From Raja brachyura (lineage: Eukaryota): a DNA stretch of 64,000 nt. Below are positions 40,481 to 52,231 of this stretch, in pieces. The stretch lies in contig OY740814.1 in the NCBI GenBank assembly GCA_963514005.1, forward strand, positions 12,028,001 to 12,092,000, given 5' to 3'. A program made the position numbers and the translations under genes. How positions within the stretch are numbered: position 1 is the first letter of the stretch; each line of letters begins with the position of its first letter. Below the pieces are notes generated by a model. It made no database searches. It saw nothing but the letters and a program-made list of their open reading frames with translations, and had not been told where the DNA came from.

Positions 40481-41499
40481 ATTGGAACTGGCACTGTTGG
40501 AAATGTAATTTATAATCCCATCGTGATGACTGGGGCATTTAATGAAGTCATTGAATAAATCTATAATAAACTGTTTATATCAGTAATTATAGCTGTACAC
40601 CTGGAGCATCATTAAAACTACATGGAAAGAAGTTTAGTTCTGTGTATCTGTTAGAATTGTGGACATTAAAAGACATTGAGGAAGTGAGGTCCATTACGGA
40701 AAGTGGACTTGTATTACTGAACCCGCCTTGATTATAATGAATGACGGAGCAGGCTCACGAGACTCTGCAGTCTCCACCCTCCTGTCTGTGTTCACATAAT
40801 GTAAACAAGTCACTCGGTTTTGCCCTTTTTTAGTACTGTAGGATATTTTGATCAATTTGCTTATTCAGAAGCTGGCCAATGTTTCCAAGAGATGTCAAAA
40901 TCTTTAATTGATTATCCAGAGAATATTTCATCGACGCCCCTTCCAGTTATTGGTTGATGTGACGGCTATTCTCTGCAAACAAAAAGGTGGCATGCAGGAA
41001 AAGACCAATTGTTGGTCTCGCCGCCTTCCTTTCAATCTACATTCCTTTGTTGGCTTGGGAGAGCTTAGAAACCAGGAAATGGCGAAGAACATTTTTATTT
41101 TTGAACCACAGCATCACAACATTGTGCTGCAGTGAAATATTTTATTTTCCCTGCTGTGGGAAGTCATAGAGTACGGAAACCGGCCGTTGAGCCACCGTTC
41201 AATGCCGTCTGTTGTCGCCCACCCATATTAATCCCATCTCCCAGCACTTGGTCCATATCCCCATTTGAGACTCAAATGCTTGTTGAGACATTTCCAAACG
41301 CAGTTAACGATCTAGCTTCAATCATTCTCTCTGGCAGTGTATTCCAGGTACCCTCACTTCTGGGTAGAAAAGGCCCCCTTGGATCCGCTCTGAATTTCTT
41401 GCCCCTTATCCGTTATCCTAAATCTGGGTCCCATGGTTTTATTTGCCTTGTTAAGGTGCAAAGTGTTCTGCGGTGTGGCCTATTAGTGTCACTCATAAC

Positions 41500-42245
41500 A
41501 TGATGTACCTCAATCATGCCCCTTTTAATCTCCTCCGCTCCAGTGGAAGCAGTCCTACCCTTTCCAGTCTTGCCTCATAACTCAAACCCTGCAACCCAGC
41601 TGACATTGTGGTGAATCTATCTGCACCCTCTCCATGTTTTTTCTATGGTGGTGACTGAAGTACTCCAGCTGAGATCTGCCCAATGTTCTATAAAGTCTAT
41701 TATGTGCATGTTTTGACTGATGTAAACAACAATTTAAACTTTCCATTCCAAAAATTCCAAGAACAAACTGCAAAGTATTTTGATAAAAATTGGTAATGTG
41801 TTGCAAATCGCTTCTCATAACCTCCTGATGTTGAATTCAATGCCCTGACTGAAGGCCAGCTTCCCATATGTTGTCTTTACCACATTATTTGCCTGTGATG
41901 GCACCTTCAAAGATCTCATGACTTGTACACCCAGGTCCCTCTGTTCCTCAACACACCCTTTGAGTCTACCATTCATGGTGTATGTCGCAGGTTCATCAGT
42001 ACTCCCAAAATGCGTCAGCTCACATTTATCAGGATTAAACTCTATCTGCCATTTCTCAGCTCATTTCACCAGAAACATCAATGTCATGCTGTAGCCCCTG
42101 ATTACCATCCACAATGTCAAAAATTCCAGCAATCTTCATGTCATGTGCAAACTTACTGATCGTGGCAGCTACATCCACATTCAAATCATTTGCGTGTCAA
42201 ACTGCAAGGGTTCCAGCATAGATTCTTGTGGACTACCACCAGTCA
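41500..42245 (-). mobile_element. Degenerate CR1-like LINE fragments
   Basis: Minus remnant RLYRTLGRSQLEYFSHHHRKNMERVQ plus RT-region remnants. Confidence 0.7.
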
Positions 42246-42635
42246 CAGGCATCCATTTACAAAATCTCTCAGACCAGACTACCCACCACTGACTCCACCT
42301 ACACAACACTGACTCGGAAAAGCAGCAGCATAATCAAAGACATGTCCCACTCTGGTCATTCCTCCGTCTTTCTACTTACGCCAGGGAGAAGAGATAGAAG
42401 CTTGAAAGCGCGTGCCACCAGACTCAGGAACAGCTTCTTCCCCTTTGTTATTGGTTGCACATGTAAAATGGTTGAAAGTCTTGGCACTCATAAGAGGAAG
42501 GAAATGGGGTGAAAAATTACTGTGCATTGAAATACATGTTATCATTGTGCTCTGATGATGTTTGCATTCCGACAAAAGGGCTATATCCAGATATGCTTTT
42601 TCCATAATCCATAACCATGACACCTGTGTATGTGT

Positions 42636-42847
42636 TAAAGAAGGAACTGCAGATGCTGGAGAATCGAGGGTTACACAAAAGGCTGGAGAAACTCAGCGGG
42701 TGCAGCAGCATCTAAGGAGCGAAGGAGATAGGCAACGTTTCGGGTTGATACCCTTCTTCAGAAGAAGGGTCTTGACCCGAAACGTCGCCTATCTCCTACG
42801 CTCCTTAGATGCTGCTGCACCCGCTGAGTTTCTCCAGCTTTTTGTGT
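42636..42847. mobile_element. Young palindromic Penelope-derived short element
   Basis: 16-bp TSD acacctgtgtatgtgt (42620-42635, 42848-42863); head-to-head arms meet at the hammerhead core (cttcttcag/aagaag). Confidence 0.92.
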
Positions 42848-43673
42848 ACACCTGTGTATGTGTCAGGAAATGAAAGTGGAGAAAGGAAAGTGTTTATTTT
42901 TTCTGCTCAAATTTCATAAGAGCATTTTATACTCCATATCATAGATTTGTCTATGTTGTCTGAACATCAATTGGGAGAGATGTCTTAAATCTCGTTGCTG
43001 CTTAATTCACTCAAATAGTTTTATGTTCATTTTTCTCAGTCTAGAGCCAGGTTGGAGTCTTTGTCCATTAATGTTCCTATTAGTTACATGCTCAGTGAGC
43101 AGTGCCCACCTAAATGGGGAAGATTTGTGTGGACCAAATGGCTGGAATATTCAAGGACATCGTCGACCTCTCAATTGTGTAGTCGGAGGTTCCCACCTGC
43201 TTCAAATGGGCAGCAGTGGTACCAACATTGTACCAATGTTCCTCTCCCTCTCTCCTTCCACCTATATTCCTTCTTCTGGCTTCACAATTCACACTCCTCA
43301 TCCTTATATCACAGCTATTTTCTTTTCCAACTCTGGCCTTTCTCCAATCAACAGCTTACCAAAAAAAAAACCCTCACCTGTATCAACCTATAAACTTGTC
43401 GGGCTTTGTCCTGCCCCATTTCCTTTCCAGCTCTCTCTCCCCCTCCTTGCCACCACCACAATCAGTTTGATGAAGGGTCCTGACCGGAAACATCACCTAC
43501 CCATGTTCTCCAGGAGGTGACATTCTCATAACCTCCTGACGTTGAATTCAGTACCCTGACTGAAGGTCAGTATCCCATATGTTGTCTTTACCACGTTATT
43601 TGCCTGTGCTGCCACCTTCAAAGATCTCTAGACTTGTACACCAAGGTCCCTCTTCCTCAATACTCCCTCTGAG

Positions 43674-44200
43674 CATGCGCTGGACCATCTGGAGAACAGG
43701 AACACGTACGTCAGGCAGCTATTCATCAACTACAGCTCGGAGTTAAATACAATCATCCCCTCAGCTCATCACGAAGCGCCAAGATCTGGACATTTGTACT
43801 TCCCTTTGGCAACTGGATCCTTGACTTCCTCATTGGCAGACATCGATCATTGCAGATCGGTAACATCCCCTCATTAGCCATCGCATAGGCGCACCTCAAG
43901 GTTGTGTGCTAAGACCTATGCTGTACCATCTCCAATAACTGTATCGCGAAACAGAGCTCCAATGACATCTTTAAATTTGCCAATGATACCACTGTGGTTG
44001 GCTGAATTACCAGTGGTGATGAGTTTATAGGAGGGAGAGAGAGAGACAACACCTGTACAATTGCTATCACAAGAACAACCTCTCACTTGATGTCAACTAA
44101 ATCAAGGAACTCATTGTTGACTTCAGAACGGTGAAGTCAGCAGACCACACACTACCTTTCATATCACCAAGTACTCAAACAAACCTACAGATGTACTGTA
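43674..44200 (+). mobile_element. Rex1/Babar-like RT fragment, decayed
   Basis: Remnants ALDHLENRNTYVRQLFINYSS, GAPQGCVL, KFANDTTVVG, KELIVDFR. Confidence 0.8.
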
Positions 44201-44209
44201 GATAGTATC

Positions 44210-44662
44210 TTGAAGATAGATATAAACTACTGGAGTAACTCAGCAGGAGAGGCAGCATCTCTGGAGAGAAGGAATGGGTTATGTTTTGGGACGAAACGCT
44301 TCTTCAGACTGAGAATCAGGGAGAGGGAGAGTAGAGATATGAATGGGCAAGGTGTGAAAATGACATCAAAGCAGATGACGTAAACGTGGTCATAGAGCAG
44401 GAGGAATCGCAGAGGGGGTGCAGTGAGAGAACATGTTGCAGGACTCTAGTCAGAGAGAGGAGGGAAACTTCTTCAAATTAGGCATACTTGAGATTTTGCA
44501 GTGGAGCAGACAAAATGTGTAGGAAGGAACTGCAGATGCTGGTTTACGTCGAAGATAGACACAAAATGCTTGAGTAACTCAGTGGGACAGGCAGCATCTC
44601 TGGAGAGAAGGAATGGGTGACGTTTCAGGTCGAGACCTTTCAGACTGAGAGTCAGGGGAGAT
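44210..44662 (-). mobile_element. Penelope-like tandem terminal-repeat fragments
   Basis: Two copies of ggagtaactcag...cagcatctctggagagaaggaatggg...cagactgaga. Confidence 0.75.
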
Positions 44663-45010
44663 TGGTTGCTTCATGGCCTTGCACGCCAATTCCAATGCAT
44701 GGGAATACAGGAGGCTGTAGGGAGTGGTGAACTCACCCTGGTCCATCACAGGCATAGTCTTTCTTCTCCACCATCAACAGCCTCTATATGAGGTACTGCC
44801 TCAAGAAGCTGCCGTTGACATCATGTTTCCCACCATCTGGGCTATGCGCTCTCCTCGCTGTTGCCGTTGGGCAGAGGCCACAGAAGCTGAAATCCTAAGA
44901 AAGCAGGATGCATTGCGTTCTGATAATCACGGGATGCTTGGACCTACCTGCATAACTATAATCCTCTATTAGCACGGTAATACCACGGTCCACTTTTAAC
45001 ATTACTTTTT

Positions 45011-45280
45011 AGAGATACGGCATGGAAACGTACCCTTCGGCACACCGACCAACAACCACTCGTACAATTGTTCTATCCTACAAACAAGGGACAAGTTACA
45101 GAAGCCAATTAACCTACAAGCCTGTGCTTTCGGAATGTGGGAGGAAACTGGAGCACTAGAGAAAACCCACATGGTTGCGGGGAGAACGGAAGACCCTGTA
45201 CGGACAGCGCCCCGAGTCAGGATCGAACCTGCGTCTCTGGTGCTGTCGGGCAGGAACTCTACCGCTACGTCACCATGCCG
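45011..45280 (-). mobile_element. HE1-like V-SINE
   Basis: Same family sequence; B-box ggttcgatcc on the minus strand. Confidence 0.8.
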
Positions 45281-45328
45281 TCTTTTTTACACTACCATGG
45301 CCCTGTTTTTGTAATTGGGCTTTACAGC

Positions 45329-45469
45329 TTCTTCTTCTTCTTTCGTGTGGCGTGCACAGCCTAAAGTTGTCGGACAACTTGTTCTATTTGATCTTCCTTT
45401 TGCGCACGTCGAGTTGATTGCATTAGTCGAAACAGGGCGGACCACGTGACGGTTGCAATCTTCCACCCC
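45329..45469 (-). mobile_element. Short non-autonomous retroposon with HDV-like ribozyme head, copy 2 (antisense in NEDD4 intron 2)
   Basis: Direct repeat ggctttacagc / ggcttcacagc (45318-45328, 45471-45481); (GAA)n tail on the minus strand. Confidence 0.9.
45416..45469 (-). ncRNA. Minimal HDV/CPEB3-like ribozyme, copy 2
   Basis: Same pairings as copy 1; the single change is L3 GTCACGT instead of TTCACGT. Confidence 0.8.
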
Positions 45470-46734
45470 AGGCTTCACAGCAATGTCTTGTGTGTCTTTG
45501 CAGTCTTTTTATTTTCTTGTCTTGTGTAATTTGTGCTTTCTGTGTCTTGATGCCTGTGATGCTGTTGCCAGCAAGATTTTCAATGCTGCTTGTACCTCGT
45601 GTTACATGTGCTTATGACAATAAACGTGAAAAGTACTTTACTGCGTATGTAAAGATTTAGTGTGACTTCTGCCACCTTATAAACTAAATTGATCCCTGAG
45701 TTTGATGTTCAGCCAATTTGGTTGATCTAAGGACATTAACCAATAGTCTGTCTGCACCGCCCTGAATGTTTACATTTTTAACTGCGGTATATTATCTTGA
45801 TCTTGTACTTTTTAACTTCAGAGCATGAAAAGCCAAGTGCCACTGTTTATTGTGCATATACTGTATCAGGTGCTCTTAACTTGACCTACTGTTACACCAC
45901 TTTTGAATATGGTGTTGTAGCGTTAACACTGTGAAAGCTCTCTTGTGGCTCACAGGTGTCATGAAACAAAATAGGGCGGTATAGAGTAGATATCAGGGAA
46001 CATTCTACAGGAGGAGGCATGTACGGAGAGGTTAAGGAGTCCAGAGTTCAGGCCCTCAGTAGTCCTGAACAATGGACGATGGGAATTCTGTGTGTGGAGA
46101 GGTTGTGGGACTTGGAGCTGACAAAGATGCTTATCGAGGCTGTGAAGTAAAACGTGGGTGAAAGTCACGGGTCAGTTGGTGGCTGCGGAATCAGTAGGCG
46201 TAACGATCGGAGCTTTTTCTCATTTCACAGTTATCTGTTACTCCCCTGATTGATTGATCTGTCCATGGATGGTTGGTCAGCTTATTTATGAACTGCTATC
46301 TGGTGCCTACAGCTTCACTTCTTTCTTAAGGCAAATGAAACATTACCATTGTTCCAGGAACTATATTTATTTATCTGTCTTCACAATTTGCAAATCTTTC
46401 ATGCTTTTGTCTCGTATATTCTTTTATTTTCATCTCTGGCCTTTGTCCAACATCTGCTTATCAAAATCCCAACTCGCCTGTGTTCACCTATTACCTGTCG
46501 CTCCTTGTCCTGCCCCTTCTCGCTTTCAGCTTTCTCTTTGCTCCTCCTCCCTACATTTTCTAAAGAAGGGTCCCGACATAAAACGTCACCTGTTCATGTT
46601 CTCCAGGGATGCTGCCTGACCCGCCTGGTTACTCCAGCACCATCTGTGCCTCTTTTTCACAAACTAGCAGCTGCAGTTCCTTGCTGCTACATTCTGTACC
46701 CATTTACTTCCTGGTACGTGAATTTGTACAAATG

Positions 46735-47277
46735 TAGAAACATAGAAATTAGGTGCAGGAGTAGGCCATTCGGCCCTTCGAGCCTGCACCGCCATTGAAT
46801 ATGATCATGGCTGATCATCCAACTCAGTATCCCGTACCTGCCTTCTCTCCATACCCTCTGATCCCCTTAGCCACAAGGCCCACATCTAACTCCCTCTTAA
46901 ATATAGCCAATGAACTGGCCTCAACTACCCTCTGTGGCAAGAGTTCCAGAGACCCACCACTCTCTGTGTGAAAAAAGTCCTTCTCATCTCGGTCTTAAAG
47001 GATTCCCCCCTTATCCTTAAGCTGTGACCCCTTGTCCTGGACTTCCCCAGCATTGGGAACAATCTTCCTGCATCTAGCCTGTCCAACCCCTTAAGAATTT
47101 TGTAAGTTTCTATAAGATCCCCCCTCAATCTTCTAAATTCTAGAGGGTATAAACCGAGTCTATCCAGTCTTTCTTCATAAGACAGTCCTGACATCCCAGG
47201 AATCAGTCTGGTGAATCTTCTCTGCACTCCCTCTATGGCAATAATGTCCTTCCTCAGATTTGGAGACCAAAACTGTA
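46735..47277 (-). mobile_element. Young CR1-like (HER1-type) LINE 3' fragment
   Basis: ORF 46925-47227 QRRFTRLIPGMSGLSYEERLDRLGLYPLEFRRLRGDLIETYKIL...FFTQRVVGLWN is a CR1 ORF2 C-terminus; tail repeat tagaaacatagaaa. Confidence 0.92.
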
Positions 47278-47405
47278 CGTAGTTTTGTACTGATTAGCGG
47301 TGAGAAATTACTGGTGCCTGGTTAATTACGCTGCAGTTCAGCCCTCACAACGATTAGTCTGCACAAGATTAGATTTAAAAAAATTCAGAAAAGAAAAATA
47401 CTTAT

Positions 47406-47739
47406 TTTAACCAGCTAAATAGATCTTTATTACTTTTAATTTAATTAACTTTATATTAATGCCAGGGATTTGCAATATTAAATTTCCCCACCCTGCACAT
47501 TCTTCCTGAACTTTTAGTGGAGTTGCAAAGGATCGCAATACAGGATCAGATTTCCAAGCAAACTGGGGAATATTCCAACATCCTAATGGCTGACAATAAG
47601 TTTATATTCCGATCTTTTGCAACTCCACTAACAGTTCAGGAAGAGCATGCAGGGTGGGGAAATTTAATATTGCAATTCCGTAACATGAATAAGCATTAAT
47701 TAAATTAAAAGTTAAAAAATATCCATTTAACTTGTTAAA
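47406..47739. repeat. Long imperfect inverted repeat (arms 47406-47540 / 47605-47739)
   Basis: ttgcaatattaaatttccccaccctgca...tagtggagttgcaaaggatcg is mirrored by cgatcttttgcaactccacta...tgcagggtggggaaatttaatattgcaa. Confidence 0.92.
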
Positions 47740-48898
47740 CCAGGTGATTGGGGTCAGGTCACATTGCTGGTGTCATTGAGGTCCAACTGCAGATGCACAG
47801 TGAATCCAGTTCCTCAGCTTGATGTTGTTTGGCAGTATCATTACACTCAATGGTGAGTCCAGGGTCAGCGAGGGAAGTCAGATATTCTGGAGTGTAACCT
47901 ACAGTGTGTTCTTGACTTTTTAACTGCAACATGGGTGTTGGTCAGGAGTGTGCTAACATGAAGAAGATATCCAGTTCTTTGCTGAACCACCAGCAAAAGG
48001 CAAGTACATTTCAGTCATTCAACTGTGAGTTTAGGGCATGCTGTCATCTCAAATTCCAGCTAAAACCTTACAACACTCCTGTCTCTCAATTTGTTGCTCT
48101 TAACCCTATGGAATAAAGTGAGTGATATTTGAATGGCACTAATAGCATCATTTAACATTGAAGCATTAAAAGTGTGTTCATCTGAGCAGTTGCCCAGACT
48201 TTAATGTGGCACCAGTTGCATAAAACTTAGTCTATAGGTTCAACACAAGTATTAAAATGTGACGGGAAATTTGTATGTAAATAATTGCCCTTAAAATTCA
48301 GGTAAAGGCAGACTTTAGATTAAAATCCAATCAGAAAATCAAATGTTCGTTACCTGATTACACAAAGTTTGTAGGTACAAGTCAAGTAAGATGCCTGCCT
48401 AAGAAACACTCAATAAATCTGGGTTTGGCAGGGATTTATGATTAGTGTGAGAGCTGCCTCAGGGGGCTGGGAGGGACCTGTTTGTGACATCTTCACTGCA
48501 AAGCTGTGCAGCAGTGCTACAGGAGATCCTTCTTCCCTGTAGCTATCAAACTTTACAACTCCTCCCCCTTCTGTCATTGGGGTAGACTGAGGCTGACTCC
48601 CCCGACCCTTCCCCAATCTTTGCACATCCCCCAAGCCTTTCCACTCCTCATTTTAATTTAATGTTTCATGTATTTTGTTTTTTGTATATTTTGTGTTGGC
48701 AGATCAATTTCCCTCTTGGAATAAATAAAGTTATTTCGTATCGTAAATGTATAAGTTAGTTGTCTTTAAGTGTCTTATTGGGATGCCCACAGTAAATGAG
48801 TGCATCTGCTGATGAAATTGTTCAAAAATTGTTTCATGTTAAAAACAGTTTATTGATACTGAAGAGGAAAAATGTTTTAATTGTATATTTAGTAGTAA

Positions 48899-49278
48899 CT
48901 AGACCAAGTTTCTTGTCACACGGGAGGCCTATTCCCCCAACGCAATATTCCACCACTCACCCGTAGCCCCCAACTGCACAGGGGCTGCTCATTTCGCCTT
49001 ATTTCACCCTGAATATAAAAAAATCAGTACACTGTGACTTAAAAAAAAAGTTTAATGCACCCTCCCTCCCTGTTGCCAGGAATATTAAAAAAAGGATTGC
49101 AACATTGCAGGACTGAGTGTCCCAAAATTGCAACATTGTAACAATTCCATTGTGAAGTCATAGCTGCAGAGAGAAGATTTTTTTCTCAAATTTGGATTTT
49201 TTTTTAAATTTAAAAAATGTGAAATAACTTGTGAAATATAACATCAATCTGAAAGAAACTTAGTATCATATATATAGA
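48899..49278 (-). mobile_element. Probable non-autonomous Helitron
   Basis: Minus strand begins A|TCTATATATA and ends CTAG|T, with no TSD; internal short repeats (attgcaacattg). No 3' subterminal hairpin is evident. Confidence 0.5.
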
Positions 49279-50577
49279 TGGTTTCAGTTATTGTTATGAC
49301 TTTCTCTGAACCAAAGCTTTCCAACTAAATTAAGACGTGTTTAGGAGCAACTTAATATTTATTCTTGGAATGTAGGATTGATTGATATGTAGTACGAGAG
49401 TGTGGGGCAAAAGCCACTTTCACCCTGCATTTATCTGAAAAGCAAATTAATTGCTGTTACTATCTTGCATTTTTGACATTAATTAAATATAGTTATTGTT
49501 TTCCAAATGTGAAATCCACAGGTTTAGTCAAGATATCATCCAGTATATAGGACCATAGAACTTCCCTGCTAGAATAACACACAATTTGACCATAGCCTGT
49601 GTATACGTGTCTTGAGGGACAATTGATCATATGATGGGGGTGGGGGGGGAGGGGGATATTTGAAAGTATGAATCTCTGACTTAAAAGTAAACATTTTGCA
49701 AGGAACTGTGACCCATTATCAGTTTTTAGCTTAAATGCAAGTGCTTAACTTCACTGGTTTTGGTTCTTGAGGGTTATTGGGGAGTATTTTGTAGAATAAA
49801 AATACTTTTATTGTGAAGTGAGCAATATTTATAATGGCTATTAAAGCACAAAAAGGGTTTTAAAATTTGTAGAAATCTACTGTGTCTCTATTCCAGGGAG
49901 CCCCAGTGTGGGGAGCTGCAGACTTGCTCATTCACTGCGCAGTAGTTGTGAAAGGATATTTGGAATCTGAATCTGTGCATTGCCTCGCTGTATTGGCCGC
50001 GGGGAAACTTGGAGAATTGCAATAATGTTTTAATTTGGGATGATAATGGAGGTATGCAGCAATCCTTTATCAGTCTTTTGTAGGGAAATGTCGCAATGTG
50101 AAACTGATTCCTGTTCACCAGTTGGAGGGAAAGCCTGGGGAGGAACATGACAGGCAATTTTACTTTCACTTCACTTAGGAAGTCAAGTTCTAGTAGAACA
50201 AATGGAGTAAATAGCAAGGTCCATCCTGGCCACACACTCATCTGTCTGCTACCTTCAGGTAGAAGGTACAGGAACCTGAAGACTGCAACGACCAGGTTCA
50301 GGAATAGCTACTTCCCCACAGCCTATTAAACCTGGCTCGGACAAGACTATGATCATTAATATCCCATTATCTGTTATCAGTTATTTGCACTTTATCAGTT
50401 TATTTATTCACGTGTGTATGTATTTATATGATGATATATGGACACACTGATCTGTTTTGTAGTAAATGCCTACTATGTTCTGTGCTGAAGCAAAGCAAGA
50501 ATTTCATTGTCCTATCAGGGACATATCACGATAAACTCACTTGAATTTGAGGGTCCTTGAGTGGTGATGTACTGAGT

Positions 50578-50784
50578 GAGGGGTTCCCAACCTTTTTTGG
50601 TCCCGTTTACCTCGGGCAATGTTTTGAAAGTAAATTTACGCCCACCCTGTTTTGTTCAGTAACTTGAGTTTACACTTCTACCATAATAAGGCAACCGACA
50701 AAGGGGAAATGTTAAAATAATGTTTTTAACATTATTATTTTAAGTTCCAGAATCAACACATTTACCCCAGGTTGGGAACCCTTG
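50578..50784. mobile_element. hAT-superfamily MITE, 207 bp
   Basis: TIRs gaggggttcccaacct / aggttgggaacccttg; 8-bp TSD tactgagt (50570-50577, 50785-50792). Confidence 0.9.
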
Positions 50785-50811
50785 TACTGAGTGAACTTTG
50801 GATGTAAGTCT

Positions 50812-51480
50812 TAAAGAAGGAACTGCAGATGCTGGAGAATCGAGGGTACACAAAAAGCTGGAGAAACTCAGCGGGTGCAGCAGCATCTAAGGAGCGAAGG
50901 AGATGGGCAACGTTTCGGGTCGAGACCCTTCTTCAGACTGGTCAGGGATCAGGGAAACAAGAGATATAGACGGTGATGTGGAGAGATAAAGAACAATGAA
51001 TGAAAGATATGCAAAAAAGTATCGATGATAAAGGAAACAGGCCATTGTAAGATGTTTGTAGTGTGAAAATGAGAAGCTAGTGCGACTTGGGTGGGGGAGA
51101 GAGATAGAGAGAGAAGGAATGCCAGGGCCCGAGGGCTGAGGGAGAGGTGGGAAGGGGAGGAGACAGCCAGGTTAACAGAATTGAGAAAATTCAATGTTTA
51201 AGCCCAGAGGATGCAGACTCCCCAAGCGGATTATGAGGTGCTGTTCCTCCAACTTGCGGTGTTGCTCACTCTGGCCGTGGAGGAGGCCCAGGACCGAGAG
51301 GTCGGATACGGAATGGGAGGGGGAGTTGAAGTGCTGAGCCACCGGGAGGTCGGGTTGGTTATTGCGGACCGAGCGGAGGTGTTCGGCGAAACGATCGCCC
51401 AGCCTCCGCTTGGTCTCACCGATATAGATCAGCTGGCATCTGGAGCAACGGATGCAATAGATGAGGTTGGAGGAGGTGGA
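50812..51480 (-). mobile_element. Penelope-like element 3' end: GIY-YIG endonuclease plus terminal repeat with hammerhead core (50909-50936)
   Basis: ORF 51172-51498 SSNLIYCIRCSRCQLIYIGETKRRLGDRFAEHLRSV...RKLEEQHLIIRLGSLHPLGLNIEF is a PLE-type GIY-YIG domain. Confidence 0.92.
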
Positions 51481-52011
51481 TGTACGTCCATAGCTCACTG
51501 AACGTGGTGATTCAAGTGGATGTGATACTGTGCAGTTGTTTGGTATGCTTGCCTTTATGAGCTCAGGGTTTTAATGAGAAGAGTTATGATGCCCTGTTGC
51601 AGCTGCACAAAACATTTGTAAGACGGCAGTTGAAGCATTGTGTACAGTTCTGATTGTCACATGACAGGAGGGATGTGATGGTATTAGCAGGCGTGCACAT
51701 GAGATCCACCAGGATGTTACCTGGAATTGGAAGCTTTAGTCACGGGAAGAGATTGGGCCAGCAGGGTTTATTCTCAATGGAAAGCAAGAATCTGAGAGGT
51801 TTATAAAATTATGAGGGGCACAGAGAAGACAGATAATCTTTTTCCCACGCGGAGAAGTTTAGGTGGAGAGTTCAGGTGTCAGGTGAGAGGGGAGAAATTT
51901 TGAACAGAAACCGTACACAATAGGAATAGGCTCTTCAGCCATGATGAGTGTGTCGACAGTGATGCAAAATTAAACCAACCCCAACTGCTTACACATTGTC
52001 TGTATTCTGTT

Positions 52012-52231
52012 GGTTACACAAAAAGCTGGAGAAACTCAGCGGGTGCAGCAGCATCTAAGGAGTGAAGGAGATAGGCGACGTTTCGGGTCGAGACCCTTCT
52101 TCAGACCTGTTCAGTCTGAAACGTCGCCTATCTCCTTCACTCCTTAGATGCTGCTGCACCCGCTGAGTTTCTCCAGCTTTTTGTGTAACCCTCGATTCTC
52201 CAGCATCTGCAGTTCCTTCTTTAACACAACA
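52012..52231. mobile_element. Young palindromic Penelope-derived short element with intact hammerhead core (-, 52077-52104)
   Basis: TSD gtctgtattctgtt (51998-52011, 52232-52245); inverted arms nearly identical. Confidence 0.9.
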
